Assembly (NCBI GenBank): GCA_028688055.1
Contig: JAQTYZ010000004.1
Span: 33,021 to 97,020 of the forward strand
DNA from: Patescibacteria group bacterium
GTDB taxonomy: Bacteria; Patescibacteriota; Patescibacteriia; Buchananbacterales; UBA6539
Reading direction: 5' to 3'
Length of the DNA: 64,000 nucleotides
The notes beneath the pieces were generated by a model. That model was not told the DNA's origin, searched no databases, and saw only the letters and a list, made by a program, of their open reading frames with translations. Position numbers and translations under genes: made by a program. The stretch's first letter is position 1. The number at the start of each line of letters is the position of its first letter. Below, piece after piece: positions 1 through 9,808 of this stretch.

Positions 1-217
1 ACGGCGTATAGCCGGCGATTTCTGAATAAAACAGACTGCCCAACGTCGCGGTCAGCGCCACAATAAATGCCAGCCATAAGCCGTAACGATTTAGAAACAC
101 TAGGGCCCCTTGCGCCTTGCCATAACGTCCCATTACCAGCACCACCAAAATAGCAACCGCCATTATTTCTGATACTACGGTTAATAAGCTTAAAATTTGA
201 TTAATTGTTTCAACCAT
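1..217 (-). CDS. Polytopic membrane protein, possibly VKOR-family. Partial: N-terminal 72 aa only, continues past the window start.
   Basis: Reverse-strand ATG at 215-217 gives an open frame to position 1 (MVETINQILSLLTVVSEIMAVAILVV...), hydrophobic throughout. It sits 4 nt downstream of a Trx-like CPHC protein, a pairing typical of VKOR/Trx-like gene pairs. Confidence 0.35.
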   Translation of the reverse strand, partial: MVETINQILSLLTVVSEIMAVAILVVLVMGRYGKAQGALVFLNRYGLWLAFIVALTATLGSLFYSEIAGYTP

Positions 218-221
218 AAAA

Positions 222-602
222 TTATTTTATTGAGCAGCCGGTTTTATCAGCTAACTCTTGTAAAGTTTTAACGCCAACCTCGCGCGAGCCGTCGGGATAT
301 TCCCAAGTCGGGTATGATTGAATGCCTTTTTGCTGACAGCTGATTAACATTGATTGTCCGTCAGCGGTTGAACATTCAACATACGGTAACAGTTTGGCTG
401 AATTGCCAAACTCTTTTTTCTGATCTTGGCAATGGGGGCACCAAAAAGCGCCATAAAAAATCGCGCCTTTATCTTTAAGGCATTGAGCGAAAGTATCATA
501 GTCACCCGGCTTGTTTTTATTATAAATCGAATAGCCAATACCGACGGCCATGACCAAAATTACCGCGGCAATAATGACTAAATTCTTTTGTTTTTTATTC
601 AT
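222..602 (-). CDS. Membrane-anchored thioredoxin-like thiol-disulfide oxidoreductase.
   Basis: 126 aa with an N-terminal TM helix, a WCPHC active-site motif and a second Cys pair. Thioredoxin-fold pattern. Confidence 0.7.
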   Translation of the reverse strand: MNKKQKNLVIIAAVILVMAVGIGYSIYNKNKPGDYDTFAQCLKDKGAIFYGAFWCPHCQDQKKEFGNSAKLLPYVECSTADGQSMLISCQQKGIQSYPTWEYPDGSREVGVKTLQELADKTGCSIK

Positions 603-702
603 TGGCTAAAACTAATGTTTATATTTTGATTATAACATTATCAGGCTAAAATCCGCAAAATTAACGACCCCGAGTTTAACTGCTATAATATAAGATAATA
701 AC

Positions 703-1065
703 ATGAAAAAAATAACCTACCATAAACTCATTCGCGATAAAATTCCCGAGGTGATTGCGGCGCACGGTTCACAGGCCAAAACCAAAAAACTCAACGCCAA
801 AGATTTTGAGATCGCCTTGCTTAATAAACTCAGCGAAGAAGCCCGCGAAGTAGTCGCGGCTAAAAGTAAAATCGAACTGACATTCGAAGTCGGCGACGTT
901 TTAGATGTCCTCGACGAAATTATTAAATTAAAAAAACTCAAACCCGCCGACATAAAAAAAGCGCGCCAAATAAATCTGGCACGCAAGGGCGGATTTAAAA
1001 AAAGATTGTTTTTACTCTGGTCGTCCGACGACGGCTATAAAACCCGCAAAAAAAATTTAACCTAG
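703..1065 (+). CDS. Predicted all-alpha NTP pyrophosphohydrolase (MazG/HisE-like).
   Basis: 120 aa with an HKLIRDKIPEVI ... EE..E ... DVLDVLDEI pattern typical of PRA-PH/MazG-like house-cleaning pyrophosphatases. Confidence 0.45.
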   Translation: MKKITYHKLIRDKIPEVIAAHGSQAKTKKLNAKDFEIALLNKLSEEAREVVAAKSKIELTFEVGDVLDVLDEIIKLKKLKPADIKKARQINLARKGGFKKRLFLLWSSDDGYKTRKKNLT

Positions 1066-1067
1066 CT

Positions 1068-2906
1068 TTAATTAACCGCCGCCGTCGATAATAAAATTTC
1101 ATTCAATAATTTCGTTTTGTTGCTTTCGGCCGTCAAACTAATTTTTCCATTCACCACTTCAAAAGGAAAATAGCTAATTCGCCAGCTATTTTTTTCTTCA
1201 GGATTTTTATTGAAGGTCAAACCAATTGCAAGCCCCCGTTGAGTCTCGGCAGAAAAATACTGATCAAAGATAAAATTTCCCAGTGAATAAAAAATCGGCT
1301 TATCTTTATAAATTTCAACACCCTGAATCACATGCGGATGGCTACCAATAATAACGTCGGCACCACTATCAATTAATTCATGGGCAATTTTTTGTTGGCG
1401 CTCATTGAATTGAGCTTGGTACTCTTGTCCCCAATGAATACTAACAATAACCGCATCATTTTCGCTCGAAAGCTTTCTTAATAGTTGAGTCGCTTTATTC
1501 AAATCAATTTGATTATAGACCATACTAAAACCAACCATGGCGATTTTTAAATCACGGACGGACACAATCTTTGAGCTACAGTCATCAACGCTGCCGTCCG
1601 AACAGCCACTAAAATTAAAATTCAATTCGCTTAAATTTTTAGCAGTTTCCGTAACGCCTTTGACCCCTTGATCAGTCAGATGATTATTGGCGATATTAAA
1701 AAAATTAAAGTTATATCGACTTAGATTTTTAACTGTCGCGGGATCAAACGCAAAATCATTAGTTAGTTCGGGCGGATAATGACTACCATTATTAGTCACC
1801 GCTCCTTCTAGATTAGCAACTACAATATCAATACCTCTGAAAAAACGCTTTTCTTCGCCCGCCAAATCTTTGAGGAGATAATCAAAACTTTTAGCCTTAA
1901 CTATTTCCTTAACATTTCGATCCAGCATAATATCGCCAAAAAACAAAAAATTTGCAACCGAAGATTCTTTCTTTTGCCCCTGATAAAAATAAAAAATATT
2001 GTGGCTCGTTGTTGGTAGATCGGCATTGCCTAACAATGCTCCGGAGTTGGTTGAAAACAAAAGGTCACTCTTCTCAGCCTGCTGAAATTCAAGATATTTT
2101 AATAAAACATACAATGACGGACCAGAACAGGTATCAAGCGCGCGCAGGCTGTCAAAATCAAAATTTTCAATTGCCGCAATACTTTTTTGATCATGAAATG
2201 AGGCCACGTCCAAGGGTTGGTAATGAGAAAAATCAACGCTGGTTAATACCAGAGTATTGGTTGGATTAACATTTTCGTCAAGCAACTGCGCCAACTTTTT
2301 CAATTCAACTAATGGCGTATTATCTTTAATAATAATGGGGATAAATTTCGCTTGGGGCAGGCTTTTTTTTATAAAACTAACCAACCCAGAGATTGAATGC
2401 TCGACAATAAATGGCTCTTCTTCAACCCTTAAGTTAGAAATTTTCTTCTGCATTTCAAGCTTCGGTTCCAAGGCTCCATAAGGTGTCGCCCAAACTGCCC
2501 GTGACGTAATAATATTATCCGCCCCTCCATTATAGTGGTTTGGACCAATTAAAATAACGGTTTGATAATCAAATTTTTCCAGGCCTTCAAAAAAAGCAGC
2601 GATTTTGTCCTTAACAATCAAGTGATGGGGAATAATTCCACCAATCACCTTTGCTTTTGGTAAAACTTTTTCCGATTCAGCCTGGCTATAAGCATCATCA
2701 AAAAAATCGCGCTCGGAAAAAAATGAATAATGAACAGGCAGATTATCCAAAGTTTTTAGATCCTTAATATTGGATGTAGTCAGTTGCGATTGTGGCGTCA
2801 GCCAAAAAAAATATAGCAGCACAAATTGCGATACCATCAGAGCTGCTATAATTCCGTAAATTATTTTTTTAACCATACAAACTAACGATGAAGCGCGCCA
2901 CCCCAC
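1068..2906 (-). CDS. Fusion protein: N-terminal TM anchor, MEMO1-like (AmmeMemoRadiSam system protein B) domain, then a CapA/PgsA-family metallophosphoesterase domain.
   Basis: 612 aa. IIPHHLIVKDK ... GPNHY resembles MEMO1. The C-terminal half has IHWGQEYQ ... GSHPHVIQGVE ... LGNFIFDQ motifs of the CapA family. It overlaps the upstream gene by 25 nt. Confidence 0.6.
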   Translation of the reverse strand: MGWRASSLVCMVKKIIYGIIAALMVSQFVLLYFFWLTPQSQLTTSNIKDLKTLDNLPVHYSFFSERDFFDDAYSQAESEKVLPKAKVIGGIIPHHLIVKDKIAAFFEGLEKFDYQTVILIGPNHYNGGADNIITSRAVWATPYGALEPKLEMQKKISNLRVEEEPFIVEHSISGLVSFIKKSLPQAKFIPIIIKDNTPLVELKKLAQLLDENVNPTNTLVLTSVDFSHYQPLDVASFHDQKSIAAIENFDFDSLRALDTCSGPSLYVLLKYLEFQQAEKSDLLFSTNSGALLGNADLPTTSHNIFYFYQGQKKESSVANFLFFGDIMLDRNVKEIVKAKSFDYLLKDLAGEEKRFFRGIDIVVANLEGAVTNNGSHYPPELTNDFAFDPATVKNLSRYNFNFFNIANNHLTDQGVKGVTETAKNLSELNFNFSGCSDGSVDDCSSKIVSVRDLKIAMVGFSMVYNQIDLNKATQLLRKLSSENDAVIVSIHWGQEYQAQFNERQQKIAHELIDSGADVIIGSHPHVIQGVEIYKDKPIFYSLGNFIFDQYFSAETQRGLAIGLTFNKNPEEKNSWRISYFPFEVVNGKISLTAESNKTKLLNEILLSTAAVN

Positions 2907-4675
2907 TCAACGACAGTAAAACCATTACGACTCGGGGCGGTTAACTTTTGCGCCGCAACATTAGCGTAATCATCCAAACCTTGATAATCCATAAAAATTC
3001 TAATGACCGTATCGGGTTTAGGAGTTACCTCAAGCGGCGCCAATTTATCAAACTCGGTTTGCGGCACAAATGAAATCAAATAATAATTTTTTGCCTGCAT
3101 TTTAGGTAACCAAAAATCGATAAATTCATCATACTCATTTTTTACTAACCCCAATTTACTCAATGAGTCAACCAAAAAATCTTTAACATTTTCTTGCTTA
3201 ACAACAAAGCCTTCCTGCGGCCGATCATAGTTTAAAGCGTAGCCTTCCCAAAATAAATAGGGATAAATTTTACCATCAGCATAATTATAGATTGATCCAT
3301 CCGGACTGGCTTTAACAAACCAACCGTTTCGATAAAGCGGTTCGGTAATGGTCAGGCCGCCAGCCGGTTTGACTTTGACACTCACGTCCTGGACTTGTTG
3401 AGGGTATAAATAAATAACCGGCTTGCCGCACTCGACCGCCGGCAAATATTTGGCATTACGAAATTCAATAAACTTACCGAACGGATCTTGCCAAAAAATA
3501 ATCGGCCGCTGGGTCAAAAATGATTCAAAACTAATTTTTGGCTTTTCTTTTGATGCGTTGCTATCGTACCCTGGATAATACTGATTATACATGGTCTTCA
3601 AGACTGAATCTGTATCCTTGCTGTTAGCCTTAAGCGAAATATTTTTGAGGTCATAGACAGGATCGCCACTCGAAGTTTTGCCAATTTGTTCAAGCGGCGA
3701 AACATCTTTAAGATAACTCGCGTAGTTGTAACAACCACTAGCACCGCAACCGCCAATATTTTTAAAAATATATTCATTTGAATTTTTACTGCCATCATTC
3801 CAAGTCACGTCTAAAACATATGGCGTTGCTCCGGCGTACTGACTCGGTTCCCCCGCTTTCGTGGCAAACGTGAGATTGAAATAATATTCTCGAACCGTGC
3901 CGTCAGCTGCTTTGATCAGGAAACAGCCTTGATTATTGTCTTTGTAAAGATAATGCTCACCGTCATATTTGAATAATTTTTCCACATTATCATATGAGGT
4001 CAAAAATCGATACGGCTCTTTATCGGCCCGATCCAACACTAGCTTTGAATTCGGGATTAAGACCGACTCAGGCGTGCCAAGATTACCAATCGTTAGCGTG
4101 TCATTTATTTCAAAGATTTTTTGGCCAAAACCGTAAGGCGCGGCTGAAGAAATTTTTGTTAAAACAATTAAGCGATTGCCGTCCTTAATCACGCGATACA
4201 TTTGCGGCCAAGCTGGACCGCTGACATCTTGATAAATTACGTCGTACAAAACGGCGGCACTAAATTGGCCGCCCTGATTCACGGTGCCAACTTTATAAAT
4301 TTTAAAACCCGCAAAATAATTAGCAACGGAATTTTGATAATAGTCTTTAATGTCAGTGTCATTTTTACTAAGTGTTTCAACACTTTGAGTATCAAAAAAA
4401 TTATAATAGGCTACTTCAACCGGCCAATCGCTCCAAGCTATTGAAAGCGACCCGCTGGTTGTATCAATATTCGCCGACGTTTCTGTTGTCGTCGGAACCT
4501 GAGACGAATCAATTGGCGTAGTGTTAGTATTTACCACCGTCGCTTCGCTATTAACATTATCATCCGAAACGGCTTTATTTTTTTGCAGCAGTAAAAAAAT
4601 TGTCACCCCATTAAATAATACTAAAATAATTATTACCAGCGCGCTGAGATATTTTTTTAGCGACAATGTATTCAT
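2882..4675 (-). CDS. Membrane-anchored extracytoplasmic protein, function unknown.
   Basis: 597 aa with a single N-terminal TM helix followed by a Thr/Asn/Ser-rich linker. No recognisable catalytic motif. Confidence 0.5.
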   Translation of the reverse strand: MNTLSLKKYLSALVIIILVLFNGVTIFLLLQKNKAVSDDNVNSEATVVNTNTTPIDSSQVPTTTETSANIDTTSGSLSIAWSDWPVEVAYYNFFDTQSVETLSKNDTDIKDYYQNSVANYFAGFKIYKVGTVNQGGQFSAAVLYDVIYQDVSGPAWPQMYRVIKDGNRLIVLTKISSAAPYGFGQKIFEINDTLTIGNLGTPESVLIPNSKLVLDRADKEPYRFLTSYDNVEKLFKYDGEHYLYKDNNQGCFLIKAADGTVREYYFNLTFATKAGEPSQYAGATPYVLDVTWNDGSKNSNEYIFKNIGGCGASGCYNYASYLKDVSPLEQIGKTSSGDPVYDLKNISLKANSKDTDSVLKTMYNQYYPGYDSNASKEKPKISFESFLTQRPIIFWQDPFGKFIEFRNAKYLPAVECGKPVIYLYPQQVQDVSVKVKPAGGLTITEPLYRNGWFVKASPDGSIYNYADGKIYPYLFWEGYALNYDRPQEGFVVKQENVKDFLVDSLSKLGLVKNEYDEFIDFWLPKMQAKNYYLISFVPQTEFDKLAPLEVTPKPDTVIRIFMDYQGLDDYANVAAQKLTAPSRNGFTVVEWGGALHR

Positions 4676-4692
4676 AAATTTAAATTTATTTT

Positions 4693-6951
4693 CTATTTGG
4701 TCAAAACCGGCGCTTTCTCTTCAACTTTCACATTACCCGGTCCGGCAATCGGCACAGAGAAACAGAACTGCGAGCCTTTGCCTTCGCCGTCGCTGTCCAC
4801 CCAAATTTTTCCTTTATGCGCGTCAATCAACATTTTAGCAACATACAACCCCAAGCCAACGCCTTCGGTGTGAATGCGGAAACTGTCCTTGCCGCGCGTA
4901 AACTTTTGAAATAATTTTTCTTGAATATCTTTGGACACGCCGATACCGGTGTCCTTAACACAAAAGGTTACCATCCCTTTCGGATTGGCCCGCAAAATAA
5001 CTTCAATTTTTCCTTCCTTGGTATATTTAATGGAATTGTCGATAAAATTCATCATCACCTCGTGTAACTTGGCGTCATCCGCGACAATCATTGGAATATT
5101 ACCTTCCGGCTTGACCAAAATTAATTTCAAACCTTTTTGCTCAGCGTTATTTTTGAGCGTCTCAACAATTTCTTTGGCCTTGGCAACAGCATCAACTTTT
5201 GACCAAATAAATTCCTGACGGCCGCTTTCAATGCGTGAAATGTCGAGCAAATTTTCCACCAACCCAATTAATCGTTCGTTGGACAGATAAACTTTATCCA
5301 AATTCTGCATAATTTGATCAGGCACTGGCCCAAATGAACCTTCTTTCATCATTGAAATATAACCCTTAATAACGGTTAACGGCGTGCGCAATTGGTGCGA
5401 TGCGATCGAAATGAATTCCGACTTCGCTTTATCAAGCTGTTTTAAATTAGCGTTGGCTTTGCGTAACTCCGCGGTCTTGCGACGGACTTCTTCTTCTAAC
5501 TTTACATTGAAATCTTTTAATTCATCGTAAAGTCTAGCGTTTTCAATCGCAATCCCCGCCTGACCGCCGATAATTTTGAGCGTGTTAATATCTTGATTGT
5601 TATAGGTATCACCGGATTTTTTATTACCTAAAGCTAGTACGCCAATTAAATTTTCTTGCACAAACAACGGAATGATTAAAGCGATATCGTTGTCGTGCAG
5701 GGCTTTAAGTAAAACTGGATTAACGGGCTGGAATTCGCCGTTCTCAAATTGCGTTACCATTTCGTCAATAACCAAAATTCCCGGCGTTTGTTTTAACTCC
5801 TGCTGCAAAATTTTGACGACATCTGGGAAGGCAATTAATTGTTCGGCCACACCGGCCTTAAAACCATCCTTATGTAGGATCTCGAGTTTACTATCTTTAT
5901 CAAGTAAAACAATACCGACTTTTTGAAAATGGAAAGCCTCACCTAAAGTCTTGGCTATTGAAGCTAAAAGATTTTTTAAGTCTAGAATTGAAGAAGTGAC
6001 TTCAGAGATTTGTGACAGCAATTTATCTGGATCATAGGTTTTTTTATAGAGAAACTTATCAGTTGATCTTTCAATAATTCTTCGCAACGGCTGATACCCA
6101 GCGGCGATCAGAATTGACATTACTAAACCGACAAGAATATTTGATCTAAAACCAATCAAGCTTTCAAAAAAAGAAGCAATAATTACTGATAAAACCGAAT
6201 AGAGTGAAACTAATAGCAAAACAATTAAACCAAAAACCAGCGTACGAGCAACAATCAAACGAATATCCATTAAACGATATTGACTTATTGCATAATAAAT
6301 AAACCCAACCATTATCACAGAAAAAGCTGGCCCCAAATTATTAAAGTTGAATATACCAAATCTTGGTAAAATTAAATTAGTTATAAATGCCATAAAAGAA
6401 AACAACATTATACCTATAAAAAAATATTTCATCTGCTGACGTTGAATTGCTAACTTGGTACTTCTATATCCATATATCATCAAATAAAGAATAAATAAAA
6501 AATTTAAGATATAGTAAACTACTAAATAATTATAAAATCTACCTAAAACTAGGCTTACTCCTGTGAAATATATTGATTTATTTGAAACTGTAATATCATA
6601 TATAATAAACTTCGTAAATGATATTAACCAAAAAAAAGTGCCCATTACAATAAATAGATAAACTGCATAATTTAATAAGTTGCTAAATTTAACAACTTTT
6701 TTAATATAATTTTTAAGAAACAACGTAAAAAGAATAAAAGCGGCTGAAACAAACCAAAATGCAAACCTAGGCCATATTATTTTATTTGTGATGGTCATCA
6801 TCGCAATAGAAAAACCCCAGCCACAAATATTTAAAATAAAAATCGATAAATAAATATTGGAGAAATTTTTTTTATTTTTCAAAAAAATAATAATACCTAA
6901 AAATAGATTTATTATTATTAAAGAAAATAAAACCAAATTAGCAAAATTCAT
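4693..6951 (-). CDS. Sensor histidine kinase with a multi-TM N-terminal sensor domain, a GAF-like domain, HisKA and HATPase_c. No cognate response regulator lies in this window.
   Basis: 752 aa. Roughly 300 aa of TM helices come first, then an SHQLRTPLTVIKGY H-box, then N/G1/G2 boxes (DTGIGV, GVGLGL). Confidence 0.85.
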   Translation of the reverse strand: MNFANLVLFSLIIINLFLGIIIFLKNKKNFSNIYLSIFILNICGWGFSIAMMTITNKIIWPRFAFWFVSAAFILFTLFLKNYIKKVVKFSNLLNYAVYLFIVMGTFFWLISFTKFIIYDITVSNKSIYFTGVSLVLGRFYNYLVVYYILNFLFILYLMIYGYRSTKLAIQRQQMKYFFIGIMLFSFMAFITNLILPRFGIFNFNNLGPAFSVIMVGFIYYAISQYRLMDIRLIVARTLVFGLIVLLLVSLYSVLSVIIASFFESLIGFRSNILVGLVMSILIAAGYQPLRRIIERSTDKFLYKKTYDPDKLLSQISEVTSSILDLKNLLASIAKTLGEAFHFQKVGIVLLDKDSKLEILHKDGFKAGVAEQLIAFPDVVKILQQELKQTPGILVIDEMVTQFENGEFQPVNPVLLKALHDNDIALIIPLFVQENLIGVLALGNKKSGDTYNNQDINTLKIIGGQAGIAIENARLYDELKDFNVKLEEEVRRKTAELRKANANLKQLDKAKSEFISIASHQLRTPLTVIKGYISMMKEGSFGPVPDQIMQNLDKVYLSNERLIGLVENLLDISRIESGRQEFIWSKVDAVAKAKEIVETLKNNAEQKGLKLILVKPEGNIPMIVADDAKLHEVMMNFIDNSIKYTKEGKIEVILRANPKGMVTFCVKDTGIGVSKDIQEKLFQKFTRGKDSFRIHTEGVGLGLYVAKMLIDAHKGKIWVDSDGEGKGSQFCFSVPIAGPGNVKVEEKAPVLTK

Positions 6952-7700
6952 AGAAAGTTTTTATATTTAAACCAGTCTTCATTAATCTTAGCATCGATCT
7001 CATGCATCAATTTTTTGTTTTTTTGATAATTAGTTCTGATATTTTTTGAAAAATAATTAAATAAAATTTTATTTTTTGACCTAAAATAAATAAAAGATTC
7101 ATTAACATTTAAAAACACGGGGACCACATGGTGCTCAGGCATTGGGTTCCACCGTTTTGGTTCATTAAAAATGATAAAAGGTATACCTAAACGATTAAAC
7201 AAAACCCAATTTGGATAAAAAATTATAGCTACCCAATAATCTATTTTTTTTTCAATACTATATTGCATCAATTCCCTAGCGAGATTAAATGTAACCTCAT
7301 GTCCTCTACCTCTTTTTTGTTTGGAAACAATAAATCTCGATAATTCAACAACTGTGCCGCGCCTAATATACTCTGGTAAGTTTAAATATTCCTCTGCCTG
7401 AATTTTGTGATCACCCTTACCTAAAATTAAACGAGCGGTACCAACAATATTTCCATGGCTATCCCTAGTTATGAACGATATTGAATGTTGGTCATACTTA
7501 TCTTTCTCCCTATAATCCTCATAAAATTTAGCGTCTAAATAGTTTTTTTCAGTACAATAAACCTCATATCTCAATTTATATATATCATCATAATCTATGT
7601 CATTTTCTGCGATATAGGTTTTATATTCTTCCTTAATAAACCCAATACTACTGAGATAAAGCTTTAATGCATAATAAATTTTTTTTATATACCTCTTCAT
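6948..7700 (-). CDS. GNAT-fold N-acyltransferase, FeeM/N-acyl amino acid synthase-like (autoinducer-synthase-like).
   Basis: 250 aa. YKLRYEVYCTEKNYL ... GTARLILG resembles the exosortase-associated N-acyl amino acid synthase family. Its start overlaps the histidine kinase gene by 4 nt. Confidence 0.5.
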   Translation of the reverse strand: MKRYIKKIYYALKLYLSSIGFIKEEYKTYIAENDIDYDDIYKLRYEVYCTEKNYLDAKFYEDYREKDKYDQHSISFITRDSHGNIVGTARLILGKGDHKIQAEEYLNLPEYIRRGTVVELSRFIVSKQKRGRGHEVTFNLARELMQYSIEKKIDYWVAIIFYPNWVLFNRLGIPFIIFNEPKRWNPMPEHHVVPVFLNVNESFIYFRSKNKILFNYFSKNIRTNYQKNKKLMHEIDAKINEDWFKYKNFL

Positions 7701-7732
7701 TAAGAATTATCACTAAATTACTAAAAATTTTT

Positions 7733-8440
7733 CTACTTAGTGGCCGTATTTAGAATGGCTTGACCAGCATAAACAAATTTATCATCGGAAATATTTACAA
7801 AATGTGCACTGCGCATTAACTTAGCCTGCTCACCAGTCCTCATAAAATCATAATCACCAAATACACCCTCCTTTTTTATTAAATAATTATAATAAAACAT
7901 TAAAAAAGTTGGGTATGCCATTTTAGATACATTAATAAGTACATTCAATAAACTATGGACTCTGAATTCATTATTTAGATGAGACATATAAATTTTAAAT
8001 GGACTCCACCCCTCCTTCACGTTTGATACAACAACCATTCCACCCTTCTTTAAAACACGATAAAATTCTTCAAATATTTTTTTTCGTATCTCGGCGTTGA
8101 TGGTGTATATAACATTGTTACAAACAATACCATCAAAACTTTCATCTTCAAAAGGCAATCTACCATCAGAAAGATTAATTAGGTGGGTAGCAATATTACT
8201 ATTCTTATCCTTTATAATGTCTAAGGCTATATCGCTATTATCAAGCGCTGATACAGTTGCACCATTGTGCGCAAACGCAATCGCAAAATTGCCAGTACCA
8301 GCACCTACGTCTAAAATTTTTTTACCTTCAACATTACCAAAAATTGATAAAAACTCATTAATAAGATTTTGGTAAGGTATTACTATTTTTAAAACATCAT
8401 AGACGGAAAAATATTTTTTCCAAAATAAATTAGTAAGCAT
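7733..8440 (-). CDS. Class I SAM-dependent methyltransferase.
   Basis: ILDVGAGTGNFAIAFA glycine-rich motif I, then an acidic motif II (ALDNSD). Confidence 0.75.
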   Translation of the reverse strand: MLTNLFWKKYFSVYDVLKIVIPYQNLINEFLSIFGNVEGKKILDVGAGTGNFAIAFAHNGATVSALDNSDIALDIIKDKNSNIATHLINLSDGRLPFEDESFDGIVCNNVIYTINAEIRKKIFEEFYRVLKKGGMVVVSNVKEGWSPFKIYMSHLNNEFRVHSLLNVLINVSKMAYPTFLMFYYNYLIKKEGVFGDYDFMRTGEQAKLMRSAHFVNISDDKFVYAGQAILNTATK

Positions 8441-9113
8441 CTTTAAAAATTATTTGATTAACATACATTAAAATTGTAAAAACTGACATCGCGCCAATAA
8501 CCGAGGTATCAAACGTAGTAAAAAAATAAATTGACATACTAAATAAAACATTAAAAATTATTGTTACTAAAGTTCCTAAAACTATTTTTTTTATTTTTAA
8601 CTTATAAATTCCATCAATCGTATAATAAACTTTCAAAAGATTGACAAGTGCAGCAATTGAATAAATCAAAAAAGCAAGGATAAATATAAACAAACCTATT
8701 GGATTAATCGACGTATAAAAATATGGAAAAACACTAACAGCACTCAAGGAATATAAGCCTGGGACAAAAAAAGAAAATGACAAAACCATAGTTACAAAGT
8801 ACGCAATTAACGCTTTTACTTTCCTTCTATTAACTTCAAAAGGGTAGGTTAAAGTAAAAATATAAAAAAAATGAACGATTAACAGGCCAAAAAGAAAAGA
8901 AAAATTTTCAATAACTAAAAGGGTAATAAATCTAAAATTTAAAAAAGATAAAAAAAGATCAGCCAGCCAAAATGTCAATGCAAGCTGTGCCATTCCAAAA
9001 TTAAAATATATTGGCTTTCCTTTTGACTTTGACAATAGAATAATTGAATACAATAAACTGATCAAAGCCATTAATCCATCAAGATATATAGATAATGTAA
9101 ACAATAATTTCAT
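8430..9113 (-). CDS. Stand-alone multi-TM (about 7 TM) sensor-domain paralog, homologous to the N-terminal membrane domain of the 4693-6951 histidine kinase.
   Basis: 227 aa, all hydrophobic helices. It shares the (K/R)xK...YFxFG(M/L)Axxxxxxxx(W/F) pattern with its neighbours and with the kinase N-terminus. Confidence 0.6.
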   Translation of the reverse strand: MKLLFTLSIYLDGLMALISLLYSIILLSKSKGKPIYFNFGMAQLALTFWLADLFLSFLNFRFITLLVIENFSFLFGLLIVHFFYIFTLTYPFEVNRRKVKALIAYFVTMVLSFSFFVPGLYSLSAVSVFPYFYTSINPIGLFIFILAFLIYSIAALVNLLKVYYTIDGIYKLKIKKIVLGTLVTIIFNVLFSMSIYFFTTFDTSVIGAMSVFTILMYVNQIIFKDAY

Positions 9114-9129
9114 TAAATTATAATAAAAA

Positions 9130-9804
9130 TTAATCCTTAAATAAAATAGAATAAATGTAAAACAGAATTATAAAGGTAAAAAATATACCAATAGCGGTTA
9201 AATCAAAGTTAGTATAATAAAAATTTAAAAGACTAAATATAATATTTGACAGCACCACAAACGCTGATCCAACAATAATCTTTCTTAACTGAATTTTATA
9301 AATTCCTCCGCTTCCTTCGTAGCTAACAAACAAATTCTTGAACGACAGGGCAGAAAATAGAAAAAAATAAGTATTATAAATCGTCAGGTAAAATGGATTA
9401 ATTGTTCGGTATCTGAACGGAAAATTTGAATAGGCGGAAGTTATAAATTCGGGCCAAAAAGAAATAAAAGCAATAAAAATAACAATGCCATAAAAAAAAT
9501 AATATTTTGATTTAGGGGCAGCGTCAGGTACCGGAAAATTTCTAGTAAATAGGTAAAAGAAAATTAAAACCAAAGCTCCGGTTAGAAAACCCATTTGTGC
9601 GTGGAAAATGGGCGATAATGGAGTGAGTCTAAAATAATCAGAGAGAGTAAAGAGCATCCACAGACCCAGCACCAAAAGTGCCATCCCGAAATAATGAACC
9701 CCGCTACCCTTTCTTTTCAATAAAATATAGGACAAACAAAAACTGACAACCATTAAAATTACATTGATATATAGTATTACTGATAATAAATACTTTAAAA
9801 TCAT
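9130..9804 (-). CDS. Stand-alone multi-TM sensor-domain paralog.
   Basis: 224 aa. Closest to the 8430-9113 product (LLKRKGSGVHYFGMALLVLGLWM versus LLSKSKGKPIYFNFGMAQLALTFWL). Confidence 0.6.
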   Translation of the reverse strand: MILKYLLSVILYINVILMVVSFCLSYILLKRKGSGVHYFGMALLVLGLWMLFTLSDYFRLTPLSPIFHAQMGFLTGALVLIFFYLFTRNFPVPDAAPKSKYYFFYGIVIFIAFISFWPEFITSAYSNFPFRYRTINPFYLTIYNTYFFLFSALSFKNLFVSYEGSGGIYKIQLRKIIVGSAFVVLSNIIFSLLNFYYTNFDLTAIGIFFTFIILFYIYSILFKD

Positions 9805-9808
9805 AAAC

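Noticed and set aside
344-986. Overlapping opposite-strand ORFs 344-538 (-) and 717-986 (-).
   Set aside because: They are embedded in better-supported genes (the Trx-like gene and the NTP-pyrophosphohydrolase-like gene) and have junk-like composition.
6948-7700. LuxI-type acyl-homoserine-lactone synthase.
   Set aside because: The protein is 250 aa with YKLRYEVYCTEKNYL. It lacks the conserved LuxI N-terminal RxxxF...W...E...D constellation as far as could be judged, and no LuxR partner is present. A FeeM-like N-acyltransferase is the safer call.
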